Of a stretch of 64,000 bases of DNA, positions 26,401 to 38,574 are shown one piece after another. Both the position numbers and the translations under genes were made by a program. Source of the stretch: Mytilus edulis (lineage: Eukaryota); NCBI RefSeq assembly GCF_963676685.1, contig NC_092351.1, positions 40,858,001-40,922,000 of the forward strand, given 5' to 3'. Every line of letters starts with the position of its first letter. Position 1 is the stretch's first letter. The notes under the pieces were generated by a model. It was not told the origin of the DNA. It saw nothing but the letters and a program-made list of their open reading frames with translations, and searched no databases.

Positions 26401-29400
26401 TAGTCTCCCCTTTGTTTGGGACCATACAACAAAGAGTAAAGAGGTTGCTCGGATACCTAATGATGTGGCAAATGGGCATTCAGTAAGTCAAATTATCATA
26501 GATGTATAAAAATAAAGAGATGTTTTATGATTGCCAATGTGACATCTATCCACCAAAGTTCAAATGAAGTGGATAAAAGCAAGCATATACTCAGAATTTT
26601 TTATTTTCATTGGTACCATATTACAGGACTTACAAGAATACATTTTCAGCTTTGTTATATATTAACATTTATCACTATTTTAAGAGATTTTCTTTTGATC
26701 TTACTGACTGATAATTTCCTTTCACAGCACAGTAAAGTGATATGAAAAATTATTGCTAGAAACTAAGGGCTCACGTAAAAAAGCCATAAACAGATTATCA
26801 TTGGGTATCTTAACTTAGTTGCTTTTCTCACTTTCAGCATTAACGATTCAAGCGAGAAAATCAATCTCGTTGAGATGATCAACAATAATCTATATAAAGT
26901 AAAATATATATGTAAAGCAATTTTGGAACATATAAGAAAGATTTATATATTTTATATCAAAGAAATTGTACAAATATTGTTTTATCCTTCATATTTACAA
27001 ACTGCACTTGAAGCTTTAGTTTATATGCAGACTACAAAGAGGAACCCTACATGAACTGGAGGCAATAATATATGTACTATTTCTAATGTTTATGGGGATT
27101 ATTATACAACCCTATATTATCATGTATACATGCTGTTTGAATGTGAAATTGTTTTCCAAAGTCATTTATCTCAATGGAAAACCAGACTTGATAATTTGCT
27201 GATTTGCTGCTTCACTTAGCACACAACATTCCTGTATAAGTCTTCTTGGATTCAAAATAATGTGTCCAAGTAGGAGGAAATTTCTTAATGATAACTTGTA
27301 CTTACCAATTAGGTATATCATTAAACATCTGGCTCATGGGGTTATCTAGTACAAAGTCAGGGTTTACATTCAAATTATACATTATTCTTGTTAATATGTC
27401 CTTGTTCTGACATTCATGTGTTTATTAATTGTAATTGGAAATTAAACAACAATCCATTTCCTGACATCACCATGATCATCATAATCAAAAGGTTTCAATA
27501 CTGTCAGGGATAGAACTTAAGACTTTGGCAATAATAGCTCACATCTTAAATTTTGTAGCCCCACATGTACATATGTCACATATAAAGTCCTATACCAGAA
27601 GCAGAAATTTCAGTAGCCCACACCAAATTTTAGGGGCCATTATCCTGTGGGCCCCTGCTAATTTCATACCCTGACCTCTAATTAATAATGGAGTCAAACT
27701 AATAGTTCACTAGTAATAATAATAATAAAAACAAGAGTGCACACGCTGAAATGTCTCGCCTTCTATACTAATCATTGATATTATGTTGATAGTCCTATAC
27801 TAATCATTGATATTATGTTGATAGTCCTAAGTATAAAGCTAAGATTTAATACAACTGTCACATAAACTTAACATTAACCAAGATAACTAAACAAAGACCA
27901 ATGAACCTTGAAAATGAGGTCAAGGTCAGATTAACCATGCCAGGCAGACATGTACAGCTAACAATGCTTCTATACAACATATATATAGTTGACCTATTAC
28001 TTATAGTTTTAAGAAAAATAGACCAAAACACAAAAACTTAACACTGTGCAATGTACCGTGAAAATGAGGTCACGGTCAAATAAAACCTGTGCGACTAACA
28101 TAAAGATCATAAAATATTTCCATACACTAAATATAGATGACCTATGGCATATAGTATTAGATAAAAAGACCAACTCAAAAACTTAACTTTGACCACTGAA
28201 CCATGAAAATGAGGTCAAGGTCACATGACATCTGCCCACTAGATAGGTACACCTTACAATCATTCCATACAACAAATATAGTAGACCTATTGTATATACT
28301 ATGAGAAAAACAGACCAAAACACAAAAATTTAACTATAACCACTGAACCATGAAAATGAGGTCAAGGTCAGATGACACCTGCCAGTCGGACATGTACACC
28401 TTACAGTCCTTCTATACACCGAATATACTAGCCCTATTGCTTGTAGTATCTGAGATACATGAGATATGGACTTGACCACCAAAAACTTAACCTTGTTCAC
28501 TGATCCATGAAATGAGGTTGAGGTCAAGTGAAAACTGTCTGACAGACATGAGGACCTTTCAAGGTATGCACATATCAAATATAGTTATCCTATTACTTAT
28601 AATAAGAGAGAATTCAACATTACAAAAAATCTGAAATTTTTTTTGAAGTGGTCACTGAACCATGAAAATGAGGTCAAGGACATTGGACATGTGAGTGATG
28701 GAAACTTCGTAACATGAGTCATCTATATACAAAGTATGAAGCATCCAGGTCTTCCACCTTCTAAAATATAAAGCTTTTAAGAAGTTAGCTAACACGGCCG
28801 CCGCCGCCGTAGCTGACGCCGCCGGATCACTATCCCTATGTCGAGCTTTCTGCAACAAAAGTTGCAGGCTCGACAAAAACTACTATGACACAAAATTATA
28901 ATACAAAAGTCAAAAGGAAGAAAAATGATTATTTAGACTGGTACAATAAACCCTCATCATAAACCTTGATTTATTTGTTTGTGGATACCAATTTTTGTGA
29001 ATTGAGGAAAACTTGTGTTTTGTCATTTCCAAGGTAACATTTAATCCACGAAAATGGATATCCAACAAATAATAATGAATCCACAGAAATTCATTTTAAC
29101 TTTCACATTTCTGGCAAGAAGCATAACAAATTGTTATCTATTTAGTTGTTTTTTTTAAAGAGAAATTAAAGGTGTTATATTCATAATATGTTTAAACTTT
29201 ATTTCAGTTTGGTACAGGATCTGTCAAAAAACTTTTGACTGGTTGCCTTGTTACAGCAAACTTTGATGTATCAAAACTTAGCAAGTAAGAAAAATAATAT
29301 CATTGCCTCACCCCCACCCCATCGATCAAATGCTACTAAATTGACCTTTAAATTGTTTTCACTATTTGCTAAACAACAAAAAATCAGACACATTTTCATT

Positions 29401-30728
29401 ACATAACAATAATTGTAAAAATTGTAGGGATACATTTATTACTTTAAAAAAAGTATTAATAATAGTATTTCCAGGATATCAGATACCTTAATATACTCTC
29501 AAAATTATGTGAGAACTGTTTTAAAATGTAAATGTTATAAAATCCAAACATTAAAAAGTAAATTTCTGGATGCATTAAGTGAAAAAGTAAATGATACCAA
29601 TATGCCAACCTAATATGACCTTATCATTGATATTTGCCTCATACTAATATTACTTAATACTTATCAACATGATCAATGATTATATTCAGATCTTTTAAGC
29701 AACTGGTAGTATTTCCATTGAACACACTGAACAGAGAAAAACAACCTGGTGAAGGGATACATGTACAAGATTTAGCCCGTAATGCATCCTCTGGTCTACC
29801 TGTTGTCATGTCTGCACTGAACAGTATCAAACTTGAAGACATTGAACAAGAAGTGGCAAGACTTCCTGATATTAATGGAGACAACAAGGTACAAATAGGC
29901 ATAGCTGTTCCTATACTGGTTGCCAGAATTGTAAGTTATTTCAAAAAAAATAAAGGGTGCAAAGAGGGAAAAAAACTGAAAGTAGATAGATTAACAGGTC
30001 TTGCTCCTTTTTTTTTTTAAAGCAATGACTAGAGGCTCCTAGGACAATTTAGGAGTCATACCTGCTGAACTACAGTTGAAAAATGTATCTTGCCCAAATA
30101 TGTCATAGCTTGACATAGCAAAACAATATAATTTCACATTAGCATCATCATTACCTCAACTAAAGTATTTAAATGTTTTTTTTATACTCAGTTTAATTAA
30201 AAGTGAACACAAATAAAAACGTTTACTTAAAACAAAGTTTTGTTACTGGAACAAATCAGACATGATCAAACTTACAAATAAAGTTAATTCAGAAGTATTA
30301 CAAAATTCTTCATGTAAAAAATTATTGGATGTTAAAATTGACAGCACATTTTGCTGTAAAAAAACAAATTGATCAGGTTTATATCATTAAGATTATACAT
30401 GTACCTTTTTCCTAAAATATTTAGTTTAATTAGAATAGATATTTGTACTAGGAAAACATATTTTAATGAGTACGTTCTGACTTCTGCTGAAAAGATATTA
30501 TAAACAAGAATATGAAAACTTGCAAAAAGTGCAACAAGAGTAATTATTATTTGCTAAATTTACCCTCTTAAAATAAAGATTTTGAATTTATCATAATTAT
30601 CATTGTTATTTTTTAATCTACAGATACTGAATTTATGTGGATGTAACCATTTCATGTCGGATGCTGATCAGTATGTACAGGAGAAGTTGATACCTTATTA
30701 CAGAGATGTACTACCACAGAATCCCTAG
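20464..30728 (+). CDS. Spliced SF3/DUF927-like P-loop ATPase (replicative-helicase type), 5'-truncated, possibly decaying; exons 20464-20515 (tentative), 20823-21084, 21647-21969, 26362-26482, 29208-29284, 29690-29930, 30624-30728
   Basis: All introns are GT-AG and the phases join without stops (~390 aa). Walker A LPVLHGLPGVGKT; Walker B-like SSLPFVWDH ~40 aa later; motif C/sensor-1 GCLVTAN; then KSFKQLVVFPL where an Arg finger is expected. PGLQEDG..VFN upstream resembles the DUF927 GWQ.DG motif. No start exon found. Confidence 0.75.
22310..23260 (+). CDS. Reverse transcriptase C-terminal fragment (Penelope-like)
   Basis: Uninterrupted RT core and thumb, YLDD catalytic motif. The first ~9 codons are probably flanking DNA. 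Confidence 0.85.
   Translation: MIYGHQPKNVRSFFSSNKQKNYVNWTCFDTIYALEFLLDNIFVRFGDSVYRQIIGIPMGTNCAPLIADLFLYCYELQFMTKISKDPSKQHLINKFNNTFRYLDDILALNNDDFSMYINEIYPGELTLNKANTNNDHCPFLDLDIYITNGKLNTKIYDKRDDFSFPIVNYPFLDGDVPLSPSYGVYISQLVRFARVCNNVLDFNERNLCITEKLLHQGFRYHKLVKTFTKFYHRYKDIIRKYSSTCRLFIRSGISHPIFYGNILYKAQRCQYSPHKLTKPLNRLIKKGYNYDTVVKSLKIAYFGVNIESLIRSLRRN
22338..23903 (+). mobile_element. 5'-truncated Penelope-like retroelement (C-terminal RT, Naiad-like) with 3' UTR, in an intron of the ATPase gene
   Basis: ORF 22310-23260 carries GIPMGTNCAP, FRYLDD, FLDL and YDKRDDFSFPIVNYPFLDGDVPLSPSYGVYISQLVRFARVC, and ends without a GIY-YIG. The ~640-nt tail is repeated at 40.2-40.9 kb. Confidence 0.85.
24312..26318 (-). 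mobile_element. Helentron/HINE-type element (family 2), copy 1, with a nested insertion
   Basis: acaagagtgcacacgctgaaatgtctcgcc end, internal tgaaccatgaaaatgaggtcaagg repeats, (gcc)n microsatellite, terminal palindrome gtcgagctttctgcaacaaaagttgcaggctcgac. Confidence 0.85.
24625..25541 (-). mobile_element. Helentron-type element (family 3) with 161-bp internal repeats, nested in family-2 copy 1
   Basis: ctttcaagaaccataac at 24849, 25010, 25171 and 25332; subTIR aaccggattt / aaatccggtt; (cgcc) microsatellite. The empty site ggtcacggtcaaataaaacc is visible in copy 2 at ~28070. Confidence 0.85.
27730..28876 (-). mobile_element. Helentron/HINE-type element (family 2), copy 2
   Basis: Highly similar to 24312-26318 without the nested insert; has a 32-bp local duplication near 27764-27830. 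Confidence 0.85.
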
Positions 30729-31913
30729 AGGGAAAACTTTCATTACAAACATTTTGATGATACATGTAGATACTTCGAAGCAATGTATGTTGAGCACCAT
30801 GTACCACAATGACTGTTATTGAACAGTGTTAAATATATTTTAAAAATTATCAATACATTGTAGTACTTTCTTTTTGCAAGTTTTAAATATCAAGTAAATC
30901 AAGCTATCAGTTTTTTGTTTTGTTTTTCACTTTCTTCATGAACTTCAAATCCATTTCAATTTTTATGGTTTGCAGAGTTATCTTTCTTGGGAACAGATAG
31001 GTTTCTCTGCACAGTACACATATTAGGAAAAGTTCTGGATCTGCCACTGTATACATGTTATATTGTATAACTGTATTTTACTTATACATGAAATTCTTCC
31101 ATGTGAAACCTAATGTTCTTACAAATGATGACATTATCATCATACCTTGCTGTTAATGCTGTAGCAGTTAGGTCATTATTTAAAGCTTAGTGCAATAAAT
31201 TTGTCATCAATTTTTTAAAATATCATTCTTACACACAAAATTAAGAAAAACTTATCTATATGAAACCTTGTTCTTACAGATAATTAATAACATTATTGTT
31301 GTATCTTGCTGTTAAAGCTGCAGCAGTTAGGTCATAGCTAACAGCTTTAAGTGCAAAAAAATTATAATCAATTTTCATAAAGATAAAATGTTTTCTTACA
31401 TGTATATCAAATCATCCTTTTCTATTATATTTTTATATTTTTTTACAGATCATTAAATTTATGTAAATGGTAATCCCATTGAAGGTTAGATTTGACACCA
31501 TAAACATTAATTCTAAAAGTCAGGGTAGCAGCTGTTCAAAGTAGTAATAATTCAAATCTTATTTGCATGAATGACAAGTACTATATGAAGTCATAAGCCA
31601 TTGTTTCCCTTTAATGAATTTATTCCTGGATAAACTCCTTTTCTCCTATTAAATAATAGTTTTTATAATAACTGTAAAATATAGATCTTTGATCAGGTAA
31701 TTATATAAACCATGCATGGAGTCATATATTAAAACATGATAATAGATAGCAAGTCTCAAATTAGTTCATCTGTGTAAAGTTTTTTCTCTCTAATTTACTG
31801 AACATGTTTATACTTGCCTATGTCTCATTATTCACTTTGATTTATCATCTTTAGTTTTAGAACAATGTATCATTGAGTGCAGTTAAGCTGGACTTTTATT
31901 ATCATGATTATAA

Positions 31914-32030
31914 AAAAGAAGATGTGGTATGATTGCCTATGAGACAACTCTCCACAAGATACCAAAAGACACAGAAATTAACAACTATAGGTCACTGTAC
32001 GGCCTTCAACAATGAGCAAAACCCATACCA
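31914..32030. repeat. Dispersed short repeat (retroelement tail/SINE-like)
   Basis: aagaagatgtggtatgattgcc.atgagacaactctccacaag; related pieces at ~26515, ~53480 and, inverted, ~59330-59505. Confidence 0.55.
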
Positions 32031-32306
32031 CAAAACCATGATAAAGGTCATGATATCATAAGGACCTATTTAAGCCCTTTTTTCAAAGTACATTGAACCC
32101 TTTTGTAATTATTTCTAACTTTAAACTGGTTTTTTTTTGTAAACACTTACTGCTGAAATTTTTAGCAACTGATTTGACATTTTTGGGGCAGACATGGCAG
32201 AGGTCATAAAGGACCCCATAATTTAAATATTTTTATAAAAATCCCTGAAATCATACATCTAATTTTCACCAAATATAAGCTGGTCGACATGTAGCTGTTC
32301 ACTATA

Positions 32307-32465
32307 CCTAGCTTATAACTTTGGTCAAATTCATTGATCATCTGACCTAGCTTATAACTTTGGTCAAATTCACTGATCATCTGACCTAGCTTATAACTTT
32401 GGTCAAATTCACTGATCATCTGACCTAGCTTATAACTTTAGTCAAATTCACTGATCATCTGACCT
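32307..32465. repeat. 39-bp minisatellite, 4 copies
   Basis: cctagcttataactttggtcaaattcactgatcatctga x4; it generates the spurious repetitive ORF 32204-32419. Confidence 0.95.
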
Positions 32466-33443
32466 ACCTGAACACCTCAAAACTATAATTAATGTTCATG
32501 TGCTAACTATCAGCATGATCACAAATGTCAGAATATGCAAAAAGGATTTCATAAGCAGTTTTAATTTTATAACATAATGAATGGTATTGTGTTTGAATTT
32601 GGAAATCATTTCATAAGCTTACTTCATTTTTTTCAGTATATTTGTTGTGAAGACTGCCATGATACAACTAATGATACAACTAATTAACACGAGACATTAA
32701 CTACATGAGATTCAATATTTCTGACAATCCAGACCAGAACATGAGAATGAGGAGATGGAATTTTTTCTGAAAATTATTTGATTGTTTATTATAACTATCG
32801 AGAATTTGTGGTTGTTATCTGGTGTTTCATATTACTGTTGAGATATATGCAAGTGTTCTGATCAGACTTCAGACATTGTGTATATAAATATTTCACATGC
32901 AGCTCTTTATTTTTTAAAGATTTTATATCATGTAGACGAAATAAATTTATTTTAGTTATCATGGTTATATTTTTCAATGTGAAACAGCCAAGTTAGTATA
33001 AGCTTTGTTATCTATCATATTGAATGTCTTGATTCAATCAACATAAAAATATGAACAGTGAAACCTAGGTAAACCGAGCCCTGTTAAAACCGAATAATTT
33101 TCAAAGTCCCACAAAATTTCCCTATTAATTAACGTTAATCTAACCTGTAAAAACCGAACCCTGTTAACACCAAATTCCAAACGCTTTTTGGAAGCTCGCT
33201 AGTAAATATGTATTTAAAAATTACCTTTCAAAATCTATCGATAGCAATCAAAACAAAAAAGTATTTTAATTATTTGCATGATTTAAAAAACAAACACAGG
33301 ATGACAGAGTATCCCTGAGGGTATTTGAGATTTAATGAACTGGTGATTTGTTATTGCAAACTAATTAGCATGTTTGTGTCTATGTTTTCAGTGATCAAAT
33401 GACTTTTTTTTGTAAAGAAACGTTTATGACCGAAAAGGACAAG

Positions 33444-33803
33444 AATACACCTTATCGCTATTTCGTCCATTCTGGGAAAAACAGTCATTTATACAACGTC
33501 CTGTTTAGGTCACTGGCCAAAAAATGGAGGTCATCAATAGTGAGCTGAGGGAGAAAAAACTTTAGAAAGTGATCATCAAGAAACTTTGATATAGTATGAT
33601 ACACTTTTTCCGAAATTAAAATTGAAGTAAAAAAATATTTTGTTTGAAGTATTTACGGTAGTTTAAACAGGTCTCATTAAAAAGTATCATGCATGGTGAT
33701 TGGTGAATTGTTTAAACAGGGTCCCAGATAGCTTCAACTGGATGAACAAGTTGTGTAATTTTAGAACTTATCCGGAATGGAATAAATAGCGATAAGGTGT
33801 ATT
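33444..33803. mobile_element. MITE with perfect 20-bp TIR, downstream of a CAGTGAAACCT-type element end at ~33056
   Basis: aatacaccttatcgctattt / aaatagcgataaggtgtatt. Confidence 0.75.
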
Positions 33804-35556
33804 GAACTTTCCCTTAGATCAATTTATTATTAATGCACGTTACTCAAATATTTACGGCCACAAGTTCATAACTGACATTCAGTAGCTAAACTGTTTAATT
33901 AAATAATAGTTTTAAAGCGTTTCACTGGATTAAGAAGTCGTGCAACACAACAAGGTCAATGTCTTTCGAATTATATTTACGGGATGCCAGTTTCTCTTTA
34001 GAGGCCCTATATATATAATTCAGATGTTCTTCTTCCAGGTAAGGAACTGGACCCCTGCTGTTGTATCGCTCTTATCTTGTGTCAAAGTATCAATCAGAGG
34101 GTGTCCAGTTTAGTCCGAGAACTCGTGTGTACAGATAATTGAAAATGACAATCTTGATTCAACTACAGAATCGTCATTTGACAGTGACTGAAAATCTGAA
34201 TTGGTCAGTGAATTAATGGATGAGAAAATAATTATAAAAATCAAAATTGCTCCATGTCATACATAATACATCCCAGAAAAAATTTAAAATAGCCTTGCCA
34301 GACGTCATTATAATTATTTGGACTACTGTACCCAATGCCCACAGGCACTTGTTTCTATCAATGGAGAGGAATTAAATTTTCTTTGGACTTTCATGTGCAA
34401 TACACAGTGGCAGAATATTCAGACAGTTGATTGCTGCCGCATAACTGGAAGAAGAGAAGAAGAGGAGTGCCGCTACCGGCGAGGGCACCAACCTGTCAGT
34501 GTGTCACAGTTGAAACCCACGTGTTTTGGAAATTCATCGCTTCCTCCTTGCAAATTTTTATCCAGGACCAGTTTAGTGTATAATATTCCTTACATAATTT
34601 TATTACCTGTCAATAAATAGCAATTACATATTTCATAATTCTTCTTCTCTTGCTTTTTTCTTTTTTTCCCAAATTTTTAAGCAGACGGAAATTGAGTTGT
34701 TTTTCTAATTTACAAAGCGTACACGGTGTGGATGTTCGGAAACAGATATATCTTTGAACCACTTTTAAATCTAAGTAAAGTAGATGCAAAATTACCATAA
34801 TTAAAATTAGTGTTAATACAGCGGACATATTATAATGTCTTTCGCCGGGTTGTTGCCTCTTTGACCCATTATATGTTCCATTCTAAATTCTATGACATCT
34901 TTTCAACTAAATAAGATATCTTGAAAATGGAATGAATCAAGTATAAAAACAGCTTGCCATTAATATATCAATGCAAGTTCTGCTTCTTCTTCTGCCTGAT
35001 AATGGCAGGCCCACAATCAACGAGCTGATTAATATCTATGACTTAGGTGCGCATACAGACCCCCATCAATGATGTTGGACGATTTAATTCTTCCTGTACT
35101 TTTGGCTTTTCTAAAATACGGTCACTGCATTTGTATGCTTCTTATCTTTGTATGATATATATATTCCAGTGATGTTTTTTAAAAAGGTGAAAGCGAGTAC
35201 GTTTGCCGTTTGGTCACAAAGTTGTTTAATATTGTATTATACTTATGTTATACGTTTTGTGTTTAAAGCACATTTCTGGATTTACCAGTAAAAATGTCAC
35301 GGAATAGAAGTTCCTTCATAATACAAGTTCCAAATGGAAACAATATTCTGCAATATTATTTCCACTGGAATAAATATTACAGTAAATGTTCCTAACGGAA
35401 TAAATGGTATAGAATATTTGTTCCAACATGAACAGATATTATGACATTGTTTATGACAAAGTTTCCATTGGGACTTCTGTTAGGTGGAACAAATATACGT
35501 TGACAAGAACACTTAACGTCATCATTTTTGACAGCACTGAGAGGACTTTTAATACT

Positions 35557-38500
35557 TCAAAAACTGTAGGAGCTATATGGTAAACCACATTCTAATATGA
35601 CTTTTTTTTTAGCTTTCGGTACAAAGCCATGTTCTAATATTTCATCGTCTTCTGTGCAAGGTACTTCCGGCTGTGTCAAGGTTTCACCTGTTTGTCCTTC
35701 TAATGTTTCTTTGAAAATAAAATAATAGAAACAGCAACTGTTTGTCATTCTAATGTTTCTTTAAAAATAAAATAATAGGAACAGCAAATTAGAATATACA
35801 ACTTTTTTAGTTTACCTACAAATCCGTCAAATATAGTAAACTACATTAAAAGTATAGCAGGAATTATCCAAACTAAGTTATCAAACAGTTCTTCCTATCC
35901 CGCACGCATCGAACTTCCAAACAACACTAGTAGTAACAAAAAAACCAGCAGAGATTGGCAAACAATCCACTTGAGCAGGGAAATGATTTGGCACAGACAA
36001 AAATGGGACAAAGTTAAAAAGAAGTTTGCGCGTGCACATATCATGTTCTTTGCTAAGCTAGTCTAGACCCCGTGTTTTAAAATATGGGAAAAATACTATT
36101 AAAACATTTACATTTTATTTATCATGCTGGGAACAATTGTACAGTTTAATGATTTTGATTTTGTGGACCTTTGCAACATAGTTTCACGTGCACATATAAA
36201 ACGCAGGCCCTAACGGAAAATCAAGGAACAAGGGGCAAACTTTATCAAACAAAGCCAAACGAATCTATGTAATTTTTATATAGCTCCGCGTAAATCCTCT
36301 TAATTTCTAGATTAACATGCATACGTTATATTACATTGGGTATATTATATTTATGTATCCGTCGGCACGGCTGGTAATCTACACACGCAGAAAAATCGGT
36401 TCTGCGATGAAAACCGTGAGCGGGCTTTCCGGTTATGCTTGAGTTGAGTAGTTGTCACCGCTTCGAAAGGTATGTACATTTCTAAATCGCAATTTTCTAA
36501 TTTAACTGATCAAAATATTGAGAATCGGAGAATGATATGCCGTGGCGAATAACGAAGAGACACATATATTATTTACTGTTGTGCATGACAGACAGATCCA
36601 AGATAATAGAGCTGCCAATCCATTTGCCCTCGTCTCAAGAATACTTAATAGTCGACTGATTCTTTGGTCATGCGTCTTTGGCCGCAAAACATATCTTTGC
36701 ATTTTCAATGACATGACTCCGTCAGAAATCAGATACGGTAACAGAGGTATTTTTATCACTTTTTTACACAGCATAATGTAACTTCTTAGAGGCATACACG
36801 CCTTCTTTTCTTCAAGTGGTTTACATTTAGTATAAATAAACATTCGACAAAATATATATAAGTAACAAAGGTTTACGAAATATATCATCCAGGTCACTGA
36901 ATACATAAGAGAAAACTACCAGTAGAACAGCATGACATATTGATATTTAGTCGGAACTTTTGTCGCAGATACTTTTAGAGCTAAGTTGTGTTCTTCAATT
37001 TCCAAAAACAATGTACATATATGTATGTGTGAAAATGGCACGTGAAAAAAGATCAATAATAATTTGAGTATCGATAATTCATTCGATATTACATTAAAAA
37101 TAAAATTCAATGTAATTACCAACTGTTTTTCTTATACTGTCACAAAACTCCCTCAGTTCTACTGGTAGTTTTCTCTTGTCTTTAACTTTGCAGAGTCCCT
37201 CGAAAAATTTGTCAGACAGAATTTATGAACGTTTCTGTGTATATAAGACTTTTTTTCATTAAAATAAAATTCAATGTAATTACCAACTGTTTTTCTTATA
37301 CTGTCACAAAACTCCCTCAGTTCTACTGGTAGTTTTCTCTTGTCTTTAACTTTGCAGAGTCCATCGAAAAATTTGTCAGCTTCTGAACCTGACGAAAAAA
37401 GATTTTAAACACTATATATTTTGCATTTTTTTTTTAAATTTGAACACAAAATGTGTATGTTTTTTTTGGACAAAAATAGAGCAATAGACTCAAAAAATGT
37501 TTAGTTTATGTTATCAGTGTCAAACAATTATTATACATATACACTCGTCATAGATACCAGAATTAAATTTTGTATTTATGCCAAAAGTACGTTTTATCTA
37601 CAAAAGACTCATCAGTGACTACACCACTAGTATCAAATAACTGTAAGCTTTAGAAAAACAAACCATTAACTATTGTATCTACCCAATGATGACACGAACA
37701 TTGTCTAAATGCGATATATTTATCCATTTTAGAACCAATACACTTTCTTCTTGGATATATATATATATATATAGATACCCTTTTGGATTTACCGCGAACC
37801 TGTTCAACGCTCCCCAAATACGAATCAACAATTGTTTTATTGTAATTCAACAGGAACAAATTAGTGGTTCACATTTAGTCTCTTGTAAAAACTTTTTCCA
37901 TGTCGTCTTGTCATATTGCTTGCACTTAGGGATGATAGCATTTGAGTTCATTTAAAATTCGAAAAATGTCGCTTCATCTTGTCATTATGACCTAATTTTA
38001 CAATTTGAAGATAAATTGCGATTACCTCTTGCATTTGAATCTTTAAATCTATATTTTCTCTAATGATGTATAATTTCTTGTTCCAATACGTTATGTAAGA
38101 CCAAATTATCTAGGTTTTCAATGTCTTGAGTTATTGGACATTCCAGGCCGGGTAGACAGGCAAACTTCTCTTTCTTTTGTTTCTTCAACGGTGGTATTGA
38201 CACTTTCTGGTAATGAGATATCGGGTCCAAAATTGTCTTTCCATATACAGTGCTATTAACGTCAAAAACGTGATTTTCCGATATTACTTTGAAAGCCGAA
38301 AAATTACCCTGACGGCCTGAGAACTGTAGATGACATAGACATTGACATTCAGTAGGAGATTTTGGTGGCGTCACAGATGTTCTTCGGTCCTTTACACCAT
38401 ACTACTTAGTACTTTTTTGGTTTATTGGACAGCTGGATGCTTTGATTGACCTAGATTTTCTAATCGTTCCTTCCCTCATTTTGATGTAATGGTCAGATGA

Positions 38501-38574
38501 TTGCATGAACAGAAATCATAATTGTTGTCTTGCAAAAGATGAAAAATCTGCTTCAATGGTTCTTCTTTTGACAT
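35557..38574 (-). pseudogene. Pseudogenised paralog of the DD-CARD gene
   Basis: Exon 1 MSKEEPLKQIFHLLQ.. (38574-38026) has frameshifts and a TAG. Exon 2 is truncated and tandemly duplicated (37097-37392). No DD exon. The CARD exon (~36825-36560, PLLPYLISDGVMSLKMQRYVLRPKTHDQRISRLL) lacks an AG at the homologous acceptor. Last exon TGETLTQPEVPC. Confidence 0.8.
37543..37620 (-). repeat. Degenerate hammerhead-retrozyme fragment
   Basis: The reverse strand reads tcactgatgagtcttttgtagataaaacgtac, a mutated HHR core. Similar fragments at 60848-60930 and 55249-55302. Confidence 0.55.

Noticed and set aside
27506-27673. CAGGG...CCCTG hAT-like MITE
   Set aside because: The TIR is short and no TSD is readable, so support is insufficient.
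26097-28876. Duplicated ORFs containing DSDPAAATAAAAVLA
   Set aside because: They read through the (gcc)n microsatellite end of two Helentron copies.
32204-32419. ORF with repeated MISEFDQSYKLGQ; CRISPR-like periodicity
   Set aside because: It is the translation of a 39-bp minisatellite. There are no unique spacers and the context is eukaryotic.
33990-34620. Possible extra exons of the pseudogene, or the 100-aa plus ORF
   Set aside because: No counterpart in the intact paralog, no recognisable domain and no convincing splice chain.
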